Below are positions 54,101-64,000 of a stretch of 64,000 nt of DNA, in pieces. A program made the translations under genes and the position numbers. The stretch is from Gnetum montanum (Eukaryota > Plantae > Gnetophyta): positions 134,701-198,700 of the forward strand of contig MNCI01002798.1 in assembly GCA_015680685.1 (NCBI GenBank). Direction: 5' to 3'. Below the pieces are notes generated by a model. That model was given only the letters and a program-made list of their open reading frames with translations. It ran no database searches and was not told where the DNA came from. Each line of letters begins with the position of its first letter. The first letter of the stretch is position 1.

Positions 54101-55689
54101 GCTAACTTCGTGGACACAGAGGACCATCGTGCCACCCTGGACCTGCTCCATGAGTTGGAGTTGCCTCGGTGTGCCTATCACTAGCTGCCGACCCACCCCT
54201 ANGGCCGCCATGTTGGGGGTCGGCCGGGTTTTTTTTCTTGATCTTTTGTGGGTTTTTGGGGACCCCCCCTCTTCGGGGTGGGCCACCCCCACTTGTACTT
54301 GTATACTCGTGTACCATTCTTTCAGTAATACATTCCCAAACATTCTCTCAAAAAAAAAAGTGTCCATGGGCAATCAAGGAGTTGAAAGTAAATCATCATT
54401 CTCTTCCAAACACACATGTTAGTATTGTTCCAATAAAAAAATAACACTATATTATAAAATACCATCAAGTTGTAATTATATATAACCTTGAGGTGGAATG
54501 GTAGTAGTAGGGATTGTAGAAAATGGAACACGAGGCCTCTTACCATAAGCATAATGACTTCTATGTGTAATGCATGATTAAAGTGATTATTCGCCTATTC
54601 GTCCAAGATCCAAACCAAGTCCATGTCACTTACTAGTGATATCACATTGTATCATTCTAAAACTAATAATAGTAATACTATTAGAACTACAAGAAATATC
54701 ATTTCTTGGCAATGAAGAACAAGAAAGCAATTTATTAACTACATAGTTTATTTTGAAGAGGACTTGGCCATTAGATAAAGGAGTGTCTTTAGGCATAGGT
54801 AACATATCTTTCAAGCCTTGTAACCGATGTAAGTCTAAGAAACCTTCAAATTTCTAAGAAGTTACCTATCTTTAGGCATGGATAACATGTCTTTCTCGTG
54901 GAACCCCCAAAAAAATTTATTATGTATATTTATTATGTTATTACTATGTTAACCTTACAAGAGGACTACCTTCATGCATAGGTAACATATCTTTTTAGTG
55001 ACATGGTAAGGTAGCACTTATTTTAGAACATACTTCCATTTTTTATTAAAACTCAAGTAAATAATACAACTTAATAACATAATAAGATTCATAGTAGTAG
55101 CTTTAGAGAATCCAAAAATTCCCTTGATGTCACACCATTTTCATTCACTTCTTGTTCCTTACATTTTCATCTGAGCATAATGATCATAAGTTTATTTTAG
55201 TTGTATTGTGAAAAAAAATGTCATTATGTCCATGGTAAGAATCTCTTATTATTATAAATAAGTGGATGGATGATGTGGTCTCACTGTATATACAATCAAT
55301 CCTTTAATAATTTGATAACATAGGATGAAATTTTTATTCTTTCAACTACATCTTGCTTATTCCTTTACACTTTATTAGAAAAATCAACAAACACTATGTA
55401 CATGAAAAATAGTAAAATTATAAAAAGAATGAAAGATATGTAATGTATAAAGAACTTGGAAGATAATAAAAAATGAAGAAATAATAAGATATATGAAAAA
55501 TATGAAAGAATAGAAAAGATATTAAAGAATGTAGAAAAATGGTAAGAAAGTTAAGAAAAATCTAAGAAAATGTAAAAAGATTATTTGGTGCCTAAGTAGG
55601 AAAGATGACACCCCCATGACTATTATCTAAGGTAGAAATTTGGAAGATTGAATGGAAAGTTAGTGGTTTGGAATACATGGTAGATTTTC

Positions 55690-58600
55690 TTAAGGAAGAA
55701 AAGTAATAAAACAGTTTGACTTGTTGAATGTTAACAAGGATTAATTTTTATGGGTCAGTTGAGTGATATAATTGCATGGCACTTGATTGATATGTAACAT
55801 GGACTATATAGGATCCTTCTCATAAAATCTGAAACTTCATCCTTTGGATGACATGGTTTGGATTATAGTGAATACTCTATCTCTAGGCCTAATAAAAACT
55901 TTTCTATTCTTGGTGTCATGTTTGTGTTTAGAATTTTAGTGAATTTTATTATTCTTTGGTGTCATTTTTGTGTTTGGATTATAGTGAATTTTATTATTAT
56001 TTGAGCTACTAATCTATTTTAAAATAATAGATTAAGATTCATTAATCATTGTTTCTAGGGTAAGTCTAAGTCTAAATCAAGTGCACATACAATTGTAAGG
56101 GTATTTATCTTTACTTGGATTGGCAAGATATGTAATTTATCATATATTAGTTTATATGACGAATACCCTATATGAAGTTTCCAAGTAGATTGATATTCCC
56201 ATAGAGCATCATTGAGCTTAGTGCTCCAATCCTTTCTATATTTACTTATAGTTCTGGTTAATATTCATGTAATTTCTCTTTTAGTTACTTTAGCTTGATT
56301 ATTTTTTTGGGGATGATAAGGTATGTTTAGTTTGTGATTCATCCCAAGGTGTTGCGTTAATGTCTTAAATGTATCTTTAGTGAAATGAGTTCTATTATCC
56401 AATATTAGCATTTTGGGTACTCCAAATCTATTCATTAGATCTTGAAAGAATCTTGTTGCTATTGTGGCTATGCAATCTTTAACTGTGGCTTCTTCTACCT
56501 ATGTGATGCAATGATTTACAATCATAATAATAAGAATTTCTATTTGGCATTAGTGGGATTGATACCATAAAATCAATTTCCTAAATATTGAATGTTTCTA
56601 ATGGTTGTATTTATTGTTGTGGCCCTTCATTTCTGGTTATCAATCATCCATCCTTGTGATATTTTTCACAAAATTGTGCAAAATGATATGCATCTTTGAA
56701 TATGGTAGGTCATAAGTAGCCCACCATCATAATTTTTAGTGTTATTTTTCTTCATTCATAATGACAAACACATGGTTCTTCATGTGCATCTTGTACGACT
56801 CTTTGCTAATTTTTCTCTAGAACAAACCATCATATTAAACCATATGCACATATCTTATAAATATTTCCTTTAATCTCTATGTACTATTTTATCTTGTGAA
56901 GAAACTATTCTATCTATTTTTTATCCCATTTAGCAAGAAGTTCTTGTGTAGTTACATAAGTCATATAATTAGTAATCCATGACTTTGTTGCTAAATCTAT
57001 AATCATTTCTATCTTTGTGAATAAGTTATCATTGGGAAACTAATCTAAGAATGGTTCTTCATTATATTGAGAAACCCATCTTAGTCTTGATAGGTGATCA
57101 ACTACAACATTTTTAGTTTCTTTCCTATCAATGATTGTTATGTAAAATTCCTATAGTATAACAAGCCATCTTATCACTCTTAGACTAACTGCTAGTTTAT
57201 TTATTTAAAATTTAATTGCAATGTGGTCGATATGAATGTAGATTGAATATCCAAGCACATAATTTCTATATTTTTCAAGTGCATATACCACAACCATAAG
57301 CTTATTTTTTATAGTGGTATGGTTTAGTTGTACTTTTATTATGCTTCTATTAGTACAATGTATAAAATACAATCACTTTTCATCATCTAGTTGGGTTAAC
57401 ACTACTCCTAATGCATAGTTTCAAGCATCAATTATGATGTAAAAATGCCTAAATAAATCTATAGCTCTAAGGATTGGTGTCTCAATAAATTTCTATTTTA
57501 GACTCTCAAATACCTTTTCACATTATTTATACCACTGCAATGATGCATCTTTCTTTGTTAGTTCAACATGAGGCTTTGAAATCTTGGAAAAATTTTCATT
57601 AAATCTTTTATAATACTTTGTAAGATCATGGAATGATCAAACATTATTAACTATTTATTGTCTTTTGATAATGTTTTGAATGACTCTAATTTTCTTAGGA
57701 TCTACCTCTATTCCTTTGTAAGATACCTTGTGTCCTAGAACTATGTCATCTTGGATCATTGAGTGGCTTCTCTACTAATTAAGCCTTAACTTTGTCTCAA
57801 AACATTGTTTCAACAAGTACTCTAAGTGGTCCAAAGCTTATTTGAGGTTCATAAGTAGAAAAATCATCCATAAATACCTAAATTCCATTACCAATCTATT
57901 TTTGAAAGATGTTAAGAACATGGCTTAGAAATGTTTCTGGAGCATTACATAGGCCAAATGGAATTTGCCTATATGAAAATATTTTCAATAGGCTAGTGAA
58001 CATTATATTCTCTTAATTTTCATGTGTAATATGAATCTAGTTATAAATTCTATATCCATTCAAAAAGCTATGTAGAACTTGATCGAAAAATGACAAAGGA
58101 AAATTATCTTTGAATGTTGCCATGTTCAATAGTAAAAAATCTATACAAATCTTCCACTTTCTACCTTTCTTTGGCATAATAACCAATGGGATAATCCATT
58201 TACTATTTGAAATAGAATAGATGAATCCTACCTTTAATAGTTTCTATAATTCCTATTTAACAACTTCTTTGAGTTTTGGGTTTAGTTCTCATTAAGGTTA
58301 ATGATGTGATTTAATGATTGGATCAATGCAGATATGATGTTGATAGATTTGTAGATTAATGCTAGTGATTTTATCATAAGACCACATGAATGCAATTAGT
58401 CATTTATTTACCACTTCTAATATTTTTTTCTTCTATTATTTATCAAGATTTACATTTATAATTACTTACTTTTTCATATTAAGAAAAGCATACTCAAGTG
58501 CTTTTGGTTAGGCTTTTAGTTTTAGTAATTCTAGTTCATACTTACCTAGAATCTCTAATTTTCTTGCTTCAACATCCTCAACTTATTAAGACTTAGTGTA

Positions 58601-61600
58601 GAGAAGTTATTTTCATATCTATTCCATTTTATCCATCTCTTCTATGTAGGAACTTCCAATTTTCTCAATTGGTTTCATGCATATGTTTGATTCTTATTCT
58701 ACTTCATTAGTTAGTCATAGGATGCCTTCTTGCTTTATGGCTACTACATATGAACACTATTGTCTACACTTATTTTCAACACACCATTTACATGATGGGA
58801 TGATATCTTATCTTGTCGTCTCGAATTTCTGCATGTAATTTCTTCCATTATTACTATGTGTGATACATGGAACTCTACGTCTCTAAATAATTATGGCTTC
58901 ATCCTCCTTGTCGATTTTTAAGGCTAAGTCCCTAGTTTCTAACTTAGATCCATCTTGTTGGGCCATGCTCTTTTCATAATGATAGGAAATTTACCTTTAT
59001 TCTTCCCCACATGAATAACTAGAAAATTAGTAAGGATAAGAAAGCCACTTATGATAGTTACCATGCCTTCCACTTATCCAAGTGGAACAATAATAGACTA
59101 GTTAAATAGATCTACTTGAATATTACATTTTTTTAATAGAGGTAAATTCTAGGTCTTGTACATGTCTTAAGAGATGAGATTTACCCTTAACCCAAAATCT
59201 AGTAGAGCCTTACATGGCTTGTGTCTTTCTATTTGGAGATAGGTTAAAGGACTTCCTAGATCTGTTCACTTTTTGGGAAGTGCTTCTGCATTTATCCAAT
59301 GTGTTATCATTTATGTAAGCATGACATTTATTAGGTTCTTTTCTACTAAAATTGGAAGCATGGCTATTTTAAGGACTTAGTGTAGAAGAATTAGGATTAG
59401 ATGAGGTTCCTATCATTTGAACCTTTTTTGAACTTGTCCTAAAGAAAGGATGTTTCTTGGATCTTGGTTCAATTGTATTAGCAATGTCCTCTTGTGTAGT
59501 AACTACCCTGGTAGCACTCTTCTGGTGTGCTTGAGTTTGTAGTTCCTCTTGCATAACCAATGTTGGTACTAATGGTAAAGGATTTGGAGCTTAATAAGAT
59601 GGACCCACTGCTAGTTAAGACATGTAAGGTTGTAACTTCATGAGTGGGCTTGTAGGCCTATGGTATTTTGTTGGATAGTAGGAAGAAGATGCTTAAACAA
59701 GGATACTTCCAAGAGATAGAGGAAATTGTACATAGTATCCTTAAGAATTTGGTTGTTGATATGAATATTGTTGCCTTGATAGTGGCATCCCCCATGACTG
59801 TGGTGTTACCACTACTACTATTAATACTTCTATGGTTGAGAATAAACCCTATTTGAATGATATGATTATTGATAGGGAAACTTATAATTACCTTGTGAAT
59901 AAGATAATCATTTGGGCATTTGTTTTTTTATAAACTTTAGGTTAAGGACATATGCCTCAAACTCTTGTAACTAATCCATAATAGGATAACATCCTTTAGG
60001 ATGTTCATACTAGCACACTTTGCATCCACTATCATCTTTAGATCTTGAGTCCATAACTTCCTTGACTACAACAAATTTTCCTTTGCTTTTATGATTATCA
60101 TGTCCATTAAACTTTTTCTTGTTTTTTTCCGTTATTATTTCTATTGAATACTTGTTCAATTTTATCTTCTACCATATTCAACTCTAGGATAAATTTTTCA
60201 TCCATAAAGTTCCATATTTTTCTACCTTTGTTGCAATGTCATTTACTAATTTTTGAATAGGACAAGTTATTCACTAGATCACATCTTTTAATGTTTCTTC
60301 ATCTTGCATTTTACATACCCTTAGATCTCTTTTTCTAATGGATAGGTCTCTATTGTATGCTTCAACTGATTCCCTTTTACTTAGCTCTCCTTTTTCTTTT
60401 ATTACTTGATCTAGTATCCTATGAATTTGATAAGCTATCATCTTTGATATTCTACCTTGGGCATATACTCCAAGGGTCTCTCTAGTTTCTTCCTTAACCC
60501 ATTGATGATGTGTCGTAGTTGTTCCCTTTGAGAAAAATCATGACTTGGGAATCTATGTAACAATGAATTGTATCTATCCATTGGTGAATGAAAGGATTCA
60601 TGTGTTCTTTTTTCCATCTTTAGATTTATATTCTTAAGTTTGATAGTTTGAAAAAAGTTTAATATTTGTTATTAAAGAGTTCTAGAATGGTACTTTATCA
60701 TTAGATTGATTCTAGTTCTAAGGATTTGTATTAGCTCTCTATTTTGTTAATGAGTATTTTGGGAAATAACTTTAACTTTCATCAACTATTTTATATATTC
60801 TATAAGGCATAAGCATCATGGAAGGCTTATAGGTGATGTTTTGGATTTCCATTATATTCTCCTTCAAATCATGGAATATAAGTCATGTCAAGTCACTTGA
60901 TGCAACTATCTCTAAGATGCCTAGTAGGTATGTACACTACTTCCCTTATGTTAATCAAATTTTAAGTGATGAGTAGGGGTTCTTCATAGTCATTAGGTTC
61001 ATATGCTCTATTATAGTGGTGATCCCTTCGATGCTCATGATGTTCTCTTCTCTCATGCCTAATTTCTCTTTCTCTTTCTTTTTCATTATATTTTGCTTCT
61101 TTAGGATGTCTTCTTCTATTGGCATGTCCTTTATGATTCCTTCTTTGTTCCTTATCATCATCCCTTGGTCTTCCTTCTCTCCTATTACAATGTGTAAACA
61201 AGTGTGATAAAGTGGATGGAGAAGTTGAAGAATGATTCTGGCTAGTTTTTCTTCTATGATTCTTTGATTCATCTCTTCTAGATCTATCAAAGGTTTTAGG
61301 ACATAAATTTCCCTTAAGTTTTGAGTCTACCTCATCTCTTTCTAGAATTTCTATAAGAGCTAAATGTAACTTTGTCTTCATAAGATCTTTGCTGCATATC
61401 ATTGGTGTTTGAGAATTGAATCTATGAGTCTAGTTAGACATTTTAGCTTTATATGGCTCATCTTCTTTCCCATTAAAGATGATCACCTATGGTGCTTTCT
61501 TTCCTTGTTATTGATCATATCTTGCTATCATAATAGCATCCCTTATTTCCTAAGCATCTATTGGGTGACATGGCCTAGTCATATTTTTGATAACTTGGTA

Positions 61601-61750
61601 CCATTCTTGTATGTGACCAAGACCTAATCTCAGGGGGGCTTGAAGCATCAATGGTGTTGAACATTCTACTAACAAGATAATGTTGTCCTATAAATCTCTT
61701 CATCTAAGTTGTTCATCTTGGTGGAAAATAAATGTGAATTCAAGATAATA
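55690..61750 (-). pseudogene. gag-pol: gag-pol pseudogene of element D
   Basis: Gag ~60500-61000; KALLD at ~59200; FMDDF at ~57865; RNase H ~57100-57480; integrase ~55900-56900; EGSY at ~55815. Confidence 0.85.
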
Positions 61751-62021
61751 ATAATCAATATGGACATATGAGATTCGTATTTACATCAATGCACTCTAAT
61801 CTTTTTTATTATAATCTCTATCATTAGTTTTGTTAAGATTAATAACAAGTAGAGATTCCACTTTTAATATGGATGCCATTTTAATTTGGTTGATGCTTAA
61901 GTGTATGTATTTTAAAAAATTATTTTAAGAATGAAAGATAGGCTTGGTAATACCTGATACAATGAACTATGTAAGATTAACTAGCTAGTAAACATTGATA
62001 CATCCTTGACAATCGCACCAA

Positions 62022-62679
62022 TGATGAGTGATGAAGAATTTCAAAACTCAACCATACAAGTCACAAGTATATATGCATGACTAGATTATAATTTATGGAT
62101 GAACAATGTAATTATACTAGTGAGTTAATAATAAGTTCATGATCGTTGTCTCCCCACTTACACTTAGTGAGGTGGAAAATGTATGGCTTACCTATTAGTA
62201 TAGCATATGATAAAATGATGTTGGTTGTATTTAATTATGCTAAAAGTAAACATAATTGACCTAAGTATAATGAAAATATAAAACTATTCTATTCTAATGA
62301 CAATCAATATCCATTTCTAGTTTTTCATACATGTCCTAGGCTAATGTAATTGTTACTAGGACTACCAAGTAACTTGACTACTAAGTGAAACAAGCAAAGT
62401 CACTACTTGATTACCAAAAATTGTACTGTATGCTTGAAACTGGTCATACTCATTTCACCTTACTAATAAACATTGGAATATTAGATGATGTAGGAAATGT
62501 AAATGACATAGTAAAAGTAAATGTATTCTATGTGATATTATCCAATAATAAAGAATAACCTTGATCTTTAATGTCATTCATGTATTATGTCCATGAATAA
62601 TCCACTTGAATAATGATGTCATACAATTGTAATTCATGACATTGCAAGCATTCACAACTAACTCTAACTCTATGGAAAC
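62022..62679 (-). repeat. 5' LTR of element D (partial, interrupted by element E)
   Basis: Starts TGATGAG next to a degenerate PBS; similar to the other Athila LTRs here; breaks at 62680. Confidence 0.75.
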
Positions 62680-64000
62680 TGATGAGTCATGAATTTATCA
62701 AGTCCTAATGTCAGATACCCAATATTAGAGCCCTGATATTGGATACCCAATGTTGAAGCCAAGAAATGATGTTGGATATTTTATGTTGTCTCCTCTGTGC
62801 ATGCCTATAAATACATCACTTTGGTGCACAATTGGGACACATAAACATAATAGAAGAAGATAGTTTTAGTTCTTGGTTTTTGATAGTCTTTCGTAGAGTC
62901 TTGTTATTCCCAGTGCATGCTTGTAGTGTGATGTTTATAATCATATGGCACACTTGTTCGAGTGTGACATACTTGGACATGTTACATGACTAGAAATAAA
63001 GATTGAGGTTGCTTCCATCATTGCTGCATTCACTTATATTTATTATTGCTTTATTTATTTATTTAATGGTCTAATTATTTATTATTTTATTTATTTAACT
63101 TTCAATTTATTGTTATTTACTATTCTTATCATTAAGTGGAATGCAAATTTCTTAATCACAAGCATTTAAGTATAAGTACTTGGTAATCCAGTAGTGTATC
63201 TTTTGGCACATCCAATGACATATACTTGGCAATCCCAGAGGTAGTCTCACAAAGTCCAAGGCATGCACGAATGATTAAGAGTAGATACTCATCACACATA
63301 GGCTAGTTTAGATCTTATTTTCCATTGTTCATTAGCTTAGTTAGTTTATCTCTTTATTGTCATTAGGAGTAAGGTAGAATTAGACAACATCATATGCCTC
63401 ACTTTGGACTAAACCATATGTGAGAAAGCTACCACTAGTCTAAGCGAGAAGACAACAAACTATGATTAGAGCATAATGATCTAGATACCACAACTAGTGC
63501 CATCCATGAAATTCAATCGGATCATGCGTGAACACTTGTGATTCATATGGTTGAGTGTGGGAGTACCTCGTCACTCATCATTGACACTGTTGCTAGGGAT
63601 GATGCTAGTTATCTAGATTAATTATATTATACACGATTTCTATAAAGGTATTAATGATATATCTTTCTGAAAAATATTAACTCACATACATCATAAACCA
63701 ACAACAATGTCTCTCTCACATAGAAGTGACAATGCACTATATAGTGAATGCATTCATTGGAGAAATAATGAGATATATGATGAGGAAGATTGGAGTGACC
63801 AGCTTTATATAGGAGTTTCTTATGTTCATGACCACCCTAATAACACTCATAGACTACATTCACCTAAGATAGACAATCTTGGAGGAGATGATGTAAGCCC
63901 TAAACTAGGGGATGCCTCAAGGCCTAAGACCTCCCTGAAACCAAGAAATGATAAATTAAGGGACTCTAGGGAACATCATAGAAGCTATGGTAATTCTTGT
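62680..64000 (+). mobile_element. Element E: 5' end of another Athila-type element (LTR 62680-63580, PBS 63582-63599, start of gag ORF)
   Basis: TGATGAG...CTCATCA 901-bp LTR; TATA CCTATAAATA at ~62804; PBS TGACACTGTTGCTAGGGA; ORF start MSLSHR at ~63707. Confidence 0.85.

Larger units (their letters stand above)
47964..54355 (+). mobile_element. GC-rich L1-clade LINE (non-LTR retrotransposon), near full length, inactivated
   Basis: TSD AAAAGTGTC (47955-47963 / 54356-54364); T|AAAA target; short polyA; ORF1 plus EN-RT ORF2; sharp GC boundaries. Confidence 0.95.
44960..62679 (-). mobile_element. Element D: old, strongly AT-decayed Athila-type element; 3' end lost, LINE inserted in the pol/extra-ORF spacer
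   Basis: Partial 5' LTR 62022-62679; PBS 62003-62020; gag-pol; spacer homologous to A (8855-8895) and B (21135-21190) across the LINE site; extra ORF. Confidence 0.85.

Noticed and set aside
47964-54355. Bacterial contamination or misassembly for the GC-rich island
   Set aside because: It has a TSD, polyA and plant L1 domains, and the host Athila sequence rejoins across it.
47892-54552. Many overlapping ORFs on both strands of the GC-rich block as separate genes
   Set aside because: They are shadow ORFs caused by high GC; only the frames carrying L1 motifs and the C-terminal module are supported.
54790-55000. Three copies of GCAT(A/G)G.TAACAT.TCTTT
   Set aside because: Short degenerate repeats in the Athila post-pol spacer (a similar word occurs at ~33247); not enough evidence for a separate element.

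Overview
Repeat-saturated, AT-rich DNA, apparently from a large plant genome, with no intact host gene; coordinates were read by eye. It holds five degenerate Ty3/gypsy elements of the Athila type (tRNA-Asp-like PBS, ~0.85-0.9 kb TGATG...CATCA LTRs, no chromodomain seen, and a large extra ORF after pol). Element A (+, 1087-30331) is split by a gag-only SIRE-like copia (11998-28625). That copia is itself split by element B (-, 16391-26980, RNaseH/integrase deleted). Element C (-, ~32930-41143) abuts an old copia remnant (41144-~44520). Element D (-, ~44960-62679) carries a GC-rich L1-clade LINE (47964-54355, polyA plus 9-bp TSD) and has element E (+, 62680 to window end) in its 5' LTR. Two tRNA-derived SINEs and a 181-bp-period duplication lie in the 30.3-32.9 kb spacer. 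Main finding: where plant L1 ORF2 would normally end or carry RNase H, this LINE continues in the same frame into a domain resembling the Athila 'env-like' extra ORF, followed by a Pro-rich linker and a coiled coil. The Athila extra ORFs also appear to have their own internal promoter built from element-specific LTR motifs.
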